DNA from: a virus
Lineage: Duplodnaviria > Caudoviricetes
Length of the DNA stretch: 61,874 nt
Reading direction: 5' to 3' (one strand)
IMG/VR virus record: IMGVR_UViG_3300025598_000044
Coordinates: 1-61,874 of that record
The notes beneath the pieces were generated by a model, which was not told the origin of the DNA, made no database searches, and saw only the letters and a program-made list of their open reading frames with translations. The position numbers and the translations under genes were made by a program. This document shows positions 1 through 9,471 of this stretch, piece by piece (within the stretch, counting starts at the first letter, position 1; every line of letters begins with the position of its first letter).

Positions 1-132
1 AGGCTCGGGGGCACGACTGTAGTTACCGCAGCCCATGTAGCCCCCAAACCCGTTTCAAACGCCGGAGATGGTTGGAACGCCCCGAACTGAAACGCGCCCC
101 CCGCAGGAGCCGGTACGGAAATCGACGTCCAG
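1..132. repeat. Terminal direct repeat, left copy (assembly circularisation overlap)
   Basis: Matches 61742-61874 except for a G homopolymer (5 G at 7-11 versus 6 G at 61748-61753). Confidence 0.95.
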
Positions 133-170
133 TTGGGAGTTTCGGTCGTAGTTATGGGCGTCCAAGTCAC
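1..170 (-). CDS. 5' part of junction-spanning 89-aa virion-module protein (continues at 61874->61643)
   Basis: GTG at 170, 1 nt after the methyltransferase stop. Reads MTWTPITTTETPNWTSIS... and stays in frame across the junction using the 6-G copy. Confidence 0.75.
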   Translation of the reverse strand, partial: MTWTPITTTETPNWTSISVPAPAGGAFQFGAFQPSPAFETGLGATWAAVTTVVPPS

Positions 171-171
171 G

Positions 172-678
172 TCACTTCTTCGTCAAAGTAATGATCAGAT
201 CACGATAAGAATTGATGTATCGGCTCATGGAGAACACACGCGTGTCCATGCTCCGAGTCTCAAGCCACGAGTCCCAGCTACCGCCCACCACGAAATCAAA
301 GTCGCAAGTCAGCGGCGCGTGAGGTGCATTGGCATCCCGCCAAGTCTTATTGAGGTAGTACACTGCCCACTCGCTCATGGGGGGCCATTGATGCGTCGGA
401 TCGCCATAAGCACAGGCGTTCGACCAGTGCGGCGTAATGATCCGAGCCTGTGCGCCCGTCTTCATGACACGATACAGTTCATTCCAGAACGCAACGCGCT
501 CCGGGTTCGTAAGGTGTTCAACGAAGTGGCTGGAATGCACTTCCTCAATCGTACCGTCTTCCCAAGGCCACGGAGTCTGGCGCACGTCAAGAACCGTATC
601 GACGCCTTCAAACTCAATGGAATCCACACCGTGGAAACCGGCTTGTTTGTTCTTACCACAACCAATATCAAGCTTCAT
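172..678 (-). CDS. Class I SAM-dependent methyltransferase (Methyltransf_11-like)
   Basis: Motif I LDIGCG followed by GVD, and HSSHFVEHL / ELYRVMKTGA typical of this family. Confidence 0.85.
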   Translation of the reverse strand: MKLDIGCGKNKQAGFHGVDSIEFEGVDTVLDVRQTPWPWEDGTIEEVHSSHFVEHLTNPERVAFWNELYRVMKTGAQARIITPHWSNACAYGDPTHQWPPMSEWAVYYLNKTWRDANAPHAPLTCDFDFVVGGSWDSWLETRSMDTRVFSMSRYINSYRDLIITLTKK

Positions 679-700
679 GACTGTCCTTTAAAGTTGCGGA

Positions 701-1438
701 TTACCACATGGTATCCGGGGGGCCAAACTTGCCATCGTAGTCGTAGTGCCCAACGAGGACACTGCAATCGACAGCACAGCGATAGCCATATTTGCGAGCA
801 TCCGCCCAGAAGTATAGGTCTTGTGTACCTACGCCCTGACCGTCCTGCCCGTTGATGGTCTTGAACCAAGGCTTCCTCAAACGCTCATCTTTGAACATCG
901 ACATACGCCACAAATTGAACCCCATGCTGGTGCCGCAGCACTCGACAAGTTCTCCTGCGCGGGGAACCTGCGGACGGAAGTTCAACTGAGCATCGTTCGG
1001 ATCACCCCAGATGTGGGCACAGCCTTCTGGCCCCTTGCACCAGTACAGCCCGCCAATGCAGGAGTATTCGGGGTGCTTTTCCATCTGGCCAATCAACTTG
1101 ATCAGCCCGTCGCTAGGCGGGCAGTTGTCCGACTCAATCGTGAGGATGTATTCCCACTGACTGAGATCGGGGTGAGCAAGGATCTCTGAGATGCAATTGC
1201 TATACGCCTCGCCAACTTCCTGACCGAGCGCCAACATGCGATGCACGGCTTGATTGGGAGGGAACACGAGAGACCAATGCGCGAAAGCCACCTTCGTAGG
1301 AATCGTGGCTGCGGAAGGAACGATGACGATGACGCGCTGCTTCTTCCAAGACCCGCCTTCCAATACGCGAAGAGAAGACTTGGGAAGATCGACGTTGTGA
1401 TAACCAGAATCGTGTGTTGTGACGATCTGAGGTTTCAA
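701..1438 (-). CDS. GT-A fold glycosyltransferase (GT2-like)
   Basis: YILTIESDN (DxD-like), CIGGLY, GTSMGFNLW, KPWF, TQDLYFW...GY..AVD.SVLVGH pattern. TTG start overlaps the upstream stop. Confidence 0.8.
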   Translation of the reverse strand: MKPQIVTTHDSGYHNVDLPKSSLRVLEGGSWKKQRVIVIVPSAATIPTKVAFAHWSLVFPPNQAVHRMLALGQEVGEAYSNCISEILAHPDLSQWEYILTIESDNCPPSDGLIKLIGQMEKHPEYSCIGGLYWCKGPEGCAHIWGDPNDAQLNFRPQVPRAGELVECCGTSMGFNLWRMSMFKDERLRKPWFKTINGQDGQGVGTQDLYFWADARKYGYRCAVDCSVLVGHYDYDGKFGPPDTMW

Positions 1439-4233
1439 GGAGTTACTCCAAAGATGACGTAATGTTTGTTGCCAGAAGCGGCATTTTGCTGAATGGCGGT
1501 GTACGCCACAGTGCCCGGAAGAGCGGTAGAAGTAGCGAGGTTGAATCCCAGTTGTTTAAGCCTATTGTTTGCCGAGGAAGAAGAAATGTAATTAGGCGCT
1601 ATGACCCCAAGAGCCGAAGCAGACTGCGAGAACGGCTGCACGAACAGCATAGAGCCGACCAAGTTAGCTGTCACGCCACTAGTAACAGAACTCATCTGTA
1701 CGCCAAGGAAATACGTACCGTTTGCAGCCATAGACCCTGTAAATGGCAGGTTGAGGATCTTGGCACCAGAGAGTCCTGAAACGGCGGCAGCAAATTGAAA
1801 GCTGCTCGCCGTGCTATTGGTGCCTTGAGCCAACGTATACCCATAAGTATTGATTGTTGCGCCACCTGTGGTAGCGCCCGAACCGCTTTGGCTGAACAAC
1901 ATTGATGACGAAGACATCAGCGTAAACTGAGATGAATTCGTCCCGATATCTTGCTGATACAAACCATAGTTCAACGTCGTACCAACGGACCACGCCGAGG
2001 CTCTAGTGATGATCGGATTGATGTAGGTAACGAACTGTACGCTTGAGAAAGACACGTTGTTAGGCGGATACAGCGGTGCTACGTAAGGCACGTTTTGGCT
2101 AAGTGTACCCGTAGCGGTTACAGCCATAGGAGCGGGTTCCCAGAAATTCAACGTGTTGGCAACGCCACTCACGGTGCTGACAGAACCGATAATTGAAACC
2201 GTTGCGCTACCGCCGTTCGTTGATCCGGACAACGTGATGTTGTTACCGCCCACCAGCACAAGCTGGTTCGTGGCCATGCCCGAAACGCCTGACGTATTGC
2301 CCAAATTGGACATGCCACCGGAATGCGGAATAGCACCGATGTTGACCGTGCTTCCCGTCGTTGCAACGGTGACCGCGCCCGATCCGGCAATTAGCGACGA
2401 GGCCGGGGCATTGATCGTCAGCGTACCGCCCGAACTGTTGGTCGCCAAAGATTGCGATAGGCTGATGCCGTTGGTTCCGACCAGTACAAAGTTACCCGCA
2501 GTTGCAAAGCCCGTCGTACCCGCCGTGTTGCCAAGGTTCGACACACCGGGGAAAGCGCCGCCACCCGCGCTGGAGAACGACGCAGACGCCGTAACCGTAC
2601 CGCCCGAAAGCCCAAACGTGACGTTGTTGCTGTTGGCAAATGAGATGGCGCTGGCATTGGTCGTGGACCCTTGAGCGGTCACGTTGATACCGCTGATCAG
2701 CCCCGTTGTGGACGGAACGGTATAGCTCGCAACGATAGTACCGTTACTGTTGCTGAACTGGAGTCCATTCACAAGCGCCGAAGCAAAATATAATGTCTGA
2801 AACGTGCTTGAACCGTTAAATGCGCTAAAAACCTGATTGCTCTGGGTAGCCGAGATGACAATCCCAGACCCTGCGCTTGCGCCTACGCTAACGATACCTG
2901 CACCACTGACAGACAACGACCTTGCATCATACGTGCTGCTGCTGGAACCTATAGTGTTGCCCGCAGCGTAAAGACCGACGCTCTGGTTGGTCTGCGAGTA
3001 ACTTGCCGTCAGCGAATTTGAGGACATACCGAACGCGATATTGCCCGCACCGCTGCTGGTGAAGTTCAAGGCATTGACATTGCTGCTCGTCGTGCCCGCA
3101 GAGACGTTGAACGCATAACTTGCGGCAATCGCGCTAGAGCCGCCCGTCGTGGTCGTGTAGAACGAGATGTTATTTGAGTTGGTATGGATCAACGTGCTGA
3201 ACGCGTACGTGCCGTTGGATCCCGCCGCGTAGAACGACTGCAAGCCACCCACGGTAGGACCGGATACGGTCACCGTCATGCCAAGGCTATTTGTAGACCC
3301 GGACAATGTGACGTTGTTACCACCCGCCAACACAAACTGAGGCGGGGCGCTATTCGTGAAGTTGATACCGCTGGAGTTGGTACCGCTGATACCCAACGTC
3401 TGATACGGAACGCCCAGATTGATGGTATTGCTATTCAGCGAATAACTGAGGTTACCCGTGACCGAGATCGACTGTACCGATTGGCTGGCACTTGCCGTAA
3501 TGACCTGATTGCCCAGCGTGTTGGTCGTCGTGCCAAACGTGACGTTGTTTGAGTTCTGAAACTGAACCGTACCCGTCGAAAACGTATTGGACCCGTTGAC
3601 ACCGATAGCCCCGACGCCGCCGCCTGCACCGCCACCCGTCGTCGCATGGATGGCAATCGTCATGTTGCCAGAGGCGTTGGTCGTGCCCGAGAACGTAATG
3701 TTGTTGCCCGCAGCCAGAAGGATCTGGTTGGTGCCGCTCGACGTACCCTGCGTACCGGACGCGCTGAATGTGATCGGCGGCGCAACGCTTGCCGTGATGA
3801 CCGAGTTCGTTCCGCCAAACGAGACGTTGTTGCTGTTGGAGAAGACAACGGTTCCGGTGCTGCCCTGAAGCTGCAACGTGCTTACTGCGGGCTGTACCGA
3901 CTGGGAGAAGCTGGCCGTTATCGTGCCGTTGATGCCACCAAAAAATACGTTAGCGCTGCCACTGCTACCGAAAACAATATTGCCGGAGCTACTCTGCACC
4001 AGAACGCTGTTTTGGGTCTGGATGGACTGACTACCACTGACCGTGGCCGTGATGTAGCCGTTGGAGTTGAGTCCGAATGAGACGTTGCCGCCGTTGGAGA
4101 ACGCCCCAACGACCTCGCTGCCCACCATACTGACAGAGGCGACATGCTTGCTGTTCCAGTTCGACGGCTTGATTTCGTATGCCGTGTTATCCGGGGTCGT
4201 TGCAGTCAACGAGTGATATACGGTAACAGGCAT
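1435..4233 (-). CDS. Ser/Thr/Asn/Gly-rich repetitive fibre-like virion protein (932 aa)
   Basis: Repeats FxNSNNVxFG, LxGGNNxTLSG and SNLGNTxG. Located in the tail module. Confidence 0.7.
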   Translation of the reverse strand: MPVTVYHSLTATTPDNTAYEIKPSNWNSKHVASVSMVGSEVVGAFSNGGNVSFGLNSNGYITATVSGSQSIQTQNSVLVQSSSGNIVFGSSGSANVFFGGINGTITASFSQSVQPAVSTLQLQGSTGTVVFSNSNNVSFGGTNSVITASVAPPITFSASGTQGTSSGTNQILLAAGNNITFSGTTNASGNMTIAIHATTGGGAGGGVGAIGVNGSNTFSTGTVQFQNSNNVTFGTTTNTLGNQVITASASQSVQSISVTGNLSYSLNSNTINLGVPYQTLGISGTNSSGINFTNSAPPQFVLAGGNNVTLSGSTNSLGMTVTVSGPTVGGLQSFYAAGSNGTYAFSTLIHTNSNNISFYTTTTGGSSAIAASYAFNVSAGTTSSNVNALNFTSSGAGNIAFGMSSNSLTASYSQTNQSVGLYAAGNTIGSSSSTYDARSLSVSGAGIVSVGASAGSGIVISATQSNQVFSAFNGSSTFQTLYFASALVNGLQFSNSNGTIVASYTVPSTTGLISGINVTAQGSTTNASAISFANSNNVTFGLSGGTVTASASFSSAGGGAFPGVSNLGNTAGTTGFATAGNFVLVGTNGISLSQSLATNSSGGTLTINAPASSLIAGSGAVTVATTGSTVNIGAIPHSGGMSNLGNTSGVSGMATNQLVLVGGNNITLSGSTNGGSATVSIIGSVSTVSGVANTLNFWEPAPMAVTATGTLSQNVPYVAPLYPPNNVSFSSVQFVTYINPIITRASAWSVGTTLNYGLYQQDIGTNSSQFTLMSSSSMLFSQSGSGATTGGATINTYGYTLAQGTNSTASSFQFAAAVSGLSGAKILNLPFTGSMAANGTYFLGVQMSSVTSGVTANLVGSMLFVQPFSQSASALGVIAPNYISSSSANNRLKQLGFNLATSTALPGTVAYTAIQQNAASGNKHYVIFGVTP

Positions 4234-4245
4234 TGGGCAACCCTA

Positions 4246-4683
4246 TCAGGTAAACGTAAGCACGGAAGTGGTCGGGCCATTAGCCGGAAATTGCACGGTA
4301 AAGACCGTGTTGTTGGGCGTTTTGTTGTTCCCAAACGCCAGAATAGCCACAGCGCGGTTACCCTGCGTACTATTGTATATCAAGGCACCGTTGGCCGTAA
4401 ATGAGGCGTTCGTCCAGACGGCATTGTTGAAGGATAAATACGCTGTCGTCCCAGAGTTGGCCGGGGAGAGGGGGGTCAGGATGATGCCCCCTGCCGTGTA
4501 TCCGGGGCCGGAGGTCTCGCCCACAGTCGTATAGACAGTCGTCGTATTGGGGTCCAGCGAAGCGGCTGACGTGTATAGCGCCATCATGAACGTATCGGCA
4601 GTGCGGTAGGCCGAGTTAAACGCATGAAATCCTTCAAGAAGTTCCGTCTTGAAGCTACCGCACTGGCCTTGGATGATGCTCAC
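4246..4683 (-). CDS. Conserved phage tail-associated protein (145 aa)
   Basis: SFKTELL..H..F..DTF.MALYTS.A...GYTAGG..TA.GALIYN pattern typical of podophage tail modules; RBS present. Confidence 0.7.
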   Translation of the reverse strand: MSIIQGQCGSFKTELLEGFHAFNSAYRTADTFMMALYTSAASLDPNTTTVYTTVGETSGPGYTAGGIILTPLSPANSGTTAYLSFNNAVWTNASFTANGALIYNSTQGNRAVAILAFGNNKTPNNTVFTVQFPANGPTTSVLTFT

Positions 4684-4700
4684 AAATTACTCCCGTCAGC

Positions 4701-7700
4701 TTAGAACGTCGTGATAAATAGCACGAATCCGGGCGCACCCGCGCCACCCTTGCCAGAAGTCTCAACCGTTCTCCAAATCGCTGCGCCGCCACCGCCGCCG
4801 CCCGCGCCGTAGTTTTGTCCTATCACACCACCATTGGCGTCGCCGCCCTTTGCACCGCTATACGTCACGCCCACAGTCGACCCGCCGCCAGAGCCGCCAG
4901 AGCCGCCCATGTAATTGAACGTGTATCCCGTACTTCCGGGTCCGGGGGGCGTGCCACTCGCACCTGCCGAGCTACCAACATTGTCCCCATAGGCCCAACC
5001 GCCATTACCAGCACTAGTTACAGCACCCGCCTTAATGCATCCGCCAGCACCGCCTCCTCCGCCGCCGTACATAGCGCTACCCGCAGGGTGAGAAGGAGGG
5101 CCGTTGGCGCTGCTGGTTCCAAGACCGCCAGCGCCCGCGAAAGGTATAGCCGGATATACGATGGTAGAGGTCGAGTCTCCGATACCGTTACCGCCGCCAT
5201 AAGTGCCGCCGGTAGACCCGGAACCAAAGCCCCAGATACCCGCGCCGCCGCCGCCCAGAACCACAGATCCGTCAGCGGATCCACCAGCACCGCCAGCACC
5301 GCCCCATACGTACACCCATTGGAGTGACGTGCTATCTACAACGTATGTCTCGCCCCCTGCTAAACCGGGGTTGCCCGCTCCAACGCTGTTTGAGACGAAG
5401 CCGCCTCCTAATCCACCAGCGCCAACATAAACATTAAGCGTTAAAGGTAGTTGAGTTGCATCAAAAGTTGCGTCGTAATAAGCGCCGCCCCCTCCGCCTG
5501 CGCCGCCGCTACAAGACCCGCTGACAGCACACAAAGCGCCACTACCGCCACCGCCACCGCCGCCCATCGCTATGATGCGAACCAATTTAGCCCCAGCGGG
5601 CTTGTTCCATATACCAATAGTAGAAGGAGAGCCATTATATGGAGTGGTGAAGGCTTGCAGGTTTGTGCTGCTACCACCGCTAGAGCCACCGACTGCACCG
5701 AACGTTTGCCAGACAGCGGGGCTACCGGGATTGTTGGGGTAGCCGCCCGTCGCCGTGCAGATCCATCCGGCATAGCCGTTTGAAGCAGGTGAGGAGTTGT
5801 AAACAATTGTTCCCGCAGCCCACGGCCCGCCCGTCGGAACAGTCGTGCTGTACTTGGACGACGGCGGCATCTTCGTATTGGTAAACGTACACGACAGATA
5901 GACCGCTTGGTCCGTCGTTGCCATCGTCTGCGTATACGACGAGATGTTAGATATTAATTCGTAGCCCGACGCAGAAGCTTGGTTAAGTGTAAGGTAATTT
6001 CTGGAAAACGGCGTTAGCGTCTTGGAGAAAATAGTCCACGAAATCGTAGAACCCGAAGCCGCCGTAGCCGACAACCCGCTGACGACACCTTGAACAACAA
6101 GCCGCTTATTGTTGGAATCATAACTATTGATCGTAACCGTCGTTCCGTTCAGCGTAAACTGAGAGAACGGGGAAACAGTGATTGGCGGCGCAGACGTAAC
6201 GTAGATGTACTGATCGCCATTATTGGTAGCAGCGGAAGTCGTCAACGAGAAAGGATTGTTACCGAACTGCATATAAAACTGACCGTAGTCAGTTTCGCCG
6301 GTAGCCAGATTCAGCACGTTGACGTTCAAGATACCGGACGTAAGAGTTCCGTTACCCTGCATACTCAATCTACGGTGGAAATACCCATCCGGCATCTTGA
6401 TGGGCAAAGTGCAGCTAAAATTCCACGCATCTACGGGCGTAGTGTCGTTGGATACGAGTCCGCCATTTTGCGGCCCCAACGTAACGACAATATCGCCATC
6501 CGCGCGGCTGTCGTAGCCAGTAGAACTATTCGCCGTGTTCTGACCTAACAGAATAACTTGACCGGCAACGCTACCGGGGACCGCATTTGAATTGGATGCA
6601 AATCCTGTCGTGATCGGCAGCGTCGTGCCGTTATACGTCGGGGGAGTAATTTTGCAATTGATGAACGTTGTATTGGTGTTGTCAATCGCCGTACGGCCAG
6701 AGGAATACCCCTGCCCAGTCAATGTGTAAAACGGAACTTGAGCAAGGACGTTTGTGGTCGTGTTGACGTTCTGTATGTAAAGCGCGTTGATGGAGCCGAA
6801 AATAAAATGCTGCTGCAAAAAGATAACGTTAACAGCTTCCCATTGATACCCATTAATTACCATTCCAATTATGGAAGTATTAACGCAGCCCATGCCGTAG
6901 GTTCCGGCAGCAGCCAAATTGGGATTGACGATGGTATACGTGTAGGCGTCGCGGGGGTTCCTGAACGGTATATAGCAAATCGCCCAACCACTAGGTTTGC
7001 AAACCACGTTGCTTACGTCGAACGGATAAACGTAATCCGTAGTACCCGCGCTAGTGCTGGGTACCGTAGGTCTCAAAATAGAATTGATGAACCATGTATC
7101 GAAGTATGGGTTTGCGAAATGCGTGTTGTCCGCCCATGTTAGATCTTGTCCGCCAGCAGAACTCTGAGAGTTTGTAGACGTGTAAGAGAACCCGTCGGTG
7201 TAATACCCGTCTTGTCCGGCATAAGGTGATCCGTCTGGGAAGCAAGTTGCCGACGAGATATGAACCGGTCCGCCACGAGTAGAACAGTTAACGTACGTAT
7301 AAAGCTGAGACCCCTTGTAACAAAACACCAGCGCATTTACGAACCCAGCGAACAAATTCGTAAACGTGGGCGCAGCATGAGTTTCAAGAAATGCCAACGC
7401 AAACTTGTAACCGTTGAATTCGATATTTTCAAAAACGGATGAGTAAATAAGCGAAGTAAAATAAAACGCGGAGCCTGACATTGGCCCCGTATAATTCGCT
7501 GTGGGATAAGACAGATCGGTAGACGGTACGTTGTAATGACAAACGTAACTGCCGAAATAATTTGATAAGTCCGGCAAAACTTGGCTAGCCGGAGGCACCC
7601 CAGCAATAATAGTGCTTTGGGGGTCTTGTCCTTGGATGTTGAAATAACTACCAGAAACGATTACTGGGCCTTTGACGTAGTAGTACCCGCTAGGCACAAG

Positions 7701-7988
7701 AATGGGGACTTGTGCCAAATTACATACGTTGACAGCGGCTTGGAACGCTGCGGTACATTCTTGGTTATGCGTCGGATCTGCGCCATAACGCAGCACGTTA
7801 CCAACCGGATAATTGAAGTTGGTAGGCACGACACCGACAGAGGCTTCCTGCGTTGTCTGCGGGTAATAGACGCCCGCGCCCGTGTACAACTCCGTAAAGT
7901 TGGCGTTCGTTTTCTGAAACGAAGTACGTATCGGGTCACCGGCACCGTCGTTAGGATACGCGCCGACATTGATAATCTGCTGGGTCAT
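4701..7988 (-). CDS. Tailspike/tail fibre with pectate-lyase-like beta-helix and Gly-rich C-terminus
   Basis: N-terminal NDGAGDPIRTSFQKTNANFTELY anchor motif, NVLRYGADPT..TAAFQAAVN beta-helix cap and a C-terminal Gly-rich domain. Confidence 0.8.
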   Translation of the reverse strand: MTQQIINVGAYPNDGAGDPIRTSFQKTNANFTELYTGAGVYYPQTTQEASVGVVPTNFNYPVGNVLRYGADPTHNQECTAAFQAAVNVCNLAQVPILVPSGYYYVKGPVIVSGSYFNIQGQDPQSTIIAGVPPASQVLPDLSNYFGSYVCHYNVPSTDLSYPTANYTGPMSGSAFYFTSLIYSSVFENIEFNGYKFALAFLETHAAPTFTNLFAGFVNALVFCYKGSQLYTYVNCSTRGGPVHISSATCFPDGSPYAGQDGYYTDGFSYTSTNSQSSAGGQDLTWADNTHFANPYFDTWFINSILRPTVPSTSAGTTDYVYPFDVSNVVCKPSGWAICYIPFRNPRDAYTYTIVNPNLAAAGTYGMGCVNTSIIGMVINGYQWEAVNVIFLQQHFIFGSINALYIQNVNTTTNVLAQVPFYTLTGQGYSSGRTAIDNTNTTFINCKITPPTYNGTTLPITTGFASNSNAVPGSVAGQVILLGQNTANSSTGYDSRADGDIVVTLGPQNGGLVSNDTTPVDAWNFSCTLPIKMPDGYFHRRLSMQGNGTLTSGILNVNVLNLATGETDYGQFYMQFGNNPFSLTTSAATNNGDQYIYVTSAPPITVSPFSQFTLNGTTVTINSYDSNNKRLVVQGVVSGLSATAASGSTISWTIFSKTLTPFSRNYLTLNQASASGYELISNISSYTQTMATTDQAVYLSCTFTNTKMPPSSKYSTTVPTGGPWAAGTIVYNSSPASNGYAGWICTATGGYPNNPGSPAVWQTFGAVGGSSGGSSTNLQAFTTPYNGSPSTIGIWNKPAGAKLVRIIAMGGGGGGGSGALCAVSGSCSGGAGGGGGAYYDATFDATQLPLTLNVYVGAGGLGGGFVSNSVGAGNPGLAGGETYVVDSTSLQWVYVWGGAGGAGGSADGSVVLGGGGAGIWGFGSGSTGGTYGGGNGIGDSTSTIVYPAIPFAGAGGLGTSSANGPPSHPAGSAMYGGGGGGAGGCIKAGAVTSAGNGGWAYGDNVGSSAGASGTPPGPGSTGYTFNYMGGSGGSGGGSTVGVTYSGAKGGDANGGVIGQNYGAGGGGGGAAIWRTVETSGKGGAGAPGFVLFITTF

Positions 7989-7995
7989 GGTGGCC

Positions 7996-8634
7996 TCAGG
8001 TTACAGGAACGCGGACTTGTCCGTTGCGGTAGGCGTCTCGACGGTTCTTACCATCGCCAAGCTGCTTCAGAAGAGCCATGCCTTCGGCATACTTGTCCTC
8101 GCAATACTTGACAAGATCTTGTTCACCCTTCATAAACAAATATGCTTCACGCAAAGACCCGTAGAAAAGCACTTCTTCAAAGTTGGTACCTAGCCAACTC
8201 GTACCTGCTGTCACGATGGACGTTGGGTAATAGTAGTAGTGCAATTCGACCGAATAAGACTGATCCGGAGTGGGTCCGAGAATTAAAGTGCTTACGTCGA
8301 ACTGAGCATAGTAAGCCGGAGTCCCCGTAATAGTCGGCAGGGGGTACGACTCACGGATGAAGTTCACGTCCTTGTCGAGCAAGAACGTCTGTGCGCCGGT
8401 CGCAGGGTTGATAACCGTCAACGAGAAAGTCGCCAACCAATCGGTTGGTAGAGCAAGGTACTTGTTGCCCGCATTCAGGTTACCGATCTGGTTCTTGCGG
8501 ATCGCCGGAATCTGGACCGAGTTATATACACGCTCTTCGGCAAGTTGGACGAAAATAGGAATATTGTTTACGAACGTCGTTTCCGAGTTGTTCGTATAAT
8601 CCTGAATCGCCTGTACAAGCTGCGTGTAATTCAC
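7996..8634 (-). CDS. Head-tail adaptor / tail tubular protein
   Basis: MNYTQLVQAIQDY..FVQLAEER, GTPAYYA..ILGPTPDQSY.VELHYY, and L.YGSL.EAY.FMKGE. Confidence 0.75.
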   Translation of the reverse strand: MNYTQLVQAIQDYTNNSETTFVNNIPIFVQLAEERVYNSVQIPAIRKNQIGNLNAGNKYLALPTDWLATFSLTVINPATGAQTFLLDKDVNFIRESYPLPTITGTPAYYAQFDVSTLILGPTPDQSYSVELHYYYYPTSIVTAGTSWLGTNFEEVLFYGSLREAYLFMKGEQDLVKYCEDKYAEGMALLKQLGDGKNRRDAYRNGQVRVPVT

Positions 8635-8637
8635 GGC

Positions 8638-8946
8638 TTATTCCCCGCTGGAAACCTGCTTACGACCCTTGGTACGCGGAGCGGCACGGTTCTGATCTTC
8701 ATCATAGAACCGCTTACCACGCTGCGTATTCTTGCAGCCACGGATCTCCATGCGCCCCTTCTTGTCGCCGTTCAGCGGGCGGATCCACCGACCATAGGTC
8801 TTGGTGCCGGTCATGTCTTCTTCATCGACCGGATAGCCCTGCTGCCCTGCGCGGCCCGTACGAGGGTTTGGCATCGGCTGCTTGTACTTGCCAATCGGCT
8901 CTTCGTCCCAGTCGAAGAACTTGAAGTCCTGCCATTTGTTGCTCAT
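8638..8946 (-). CDS. Small basic virion-region protein
   Basis: ORF coupled to neighbours (TAATG overlap); EIRGCKNTQRGK motif. Confidence 0.65.
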   Translation of the reverse strand: MSNKWQDFKFFDWDEEPIGKYKQPMPNPRTGRAGQQGYPVDEEDMTGTKTYGRWIRPLNGDKKGRMEIRGCKNTQRGKRFYDEDQNRAAPRTKGRKQVSSGE

Positions 8947-9089
8947 TACCGACCCCTTCCACTGTGCTTGTGGAGACCTTTGCCCTTGGCCTGATTCATG
9001 GCGCGGGCAAGATTCCGACCGTACTTCTTCATCGCTTCACCGGTCACGCCTTCGATATTCTTGGGGCCGTGACTACCATGCTTCTTCAT
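8946..9089 (-). CDS. 47-aa basic protein (not in ORF track)
   Basis: GGAG RBS and ATG at 9089 give MKKHGSHGPKNIEGVTGEAMKKYGRNLARAMNQAKGKGLHKHSGRGR. Its stop overlaps the next ATG and it fills the gap exactly. Confidence 0.75.
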   Translation of the reverse strand: MKKHGSHGPKNIEGVTGEAMKKYGRNLARAMNQAKGKGLHKHSGRGR

Positions 9090-9099
9090 TGCCTTGCTC

Positions 9100-9468
9100 C
9101 TAAACTATAGACACGCCATTGACGGCGCAAGCGGTTTTAAGGTTGTTCGTGGTCTCAGGTAGGAACGACGTATTGTACCCTACAGGATTCCACCCCCACT
9201 GATAAACTCGACTGCCACCCGCACCGTCGTTTCCGGGTTCGTAGTAGCTGATGTCGGGACGTGGTTCTCGCACGGCTTGCGGGTCATTGACCGGATACAG
9301 GCCGAGTTGCAATTGCGGTTGGTCAGGTTCCCAGCACGTTGGACAGACCTTGATCGACACGTTTTTGGTCTTGATGACCAAGTTCTTGAGGTCTGTCAGC
9401 TTATAGCGGAACCCGCATCGGTCGCATTCTGCGATTGCATGTTTGCCAGATGAAAACCGGCTAGGCAT
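9100..9468 (-). CDS. C4 zinc-finger phage protein
   Basis: ECDRCGF...VCPTCWEPDQPQL..DPQA.REPRPD. Confidence 0.75.
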   Translation of the reverse strand: MPSRFSSGKHAIAECDRCGFRYKLTDLKNLVIKTKNVSIKVCPTCWEPDQPQLQLGLYPVNDPQAVREPRPDISYYEPGNDGAGGSRVYQWGWNPVGYNTSFLPETTNNLKTACAVNGVSIV

Positions 9469-9471
9469 ACG

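Noticed and set aside
1-132. Terminal repeat as a physical T7-like direct terminal repeat
   Set aside because: It lies in the middle of a late-operon gene and its length is close to a typical assembler k-mer overlap, so an assembly artefact is more likely.
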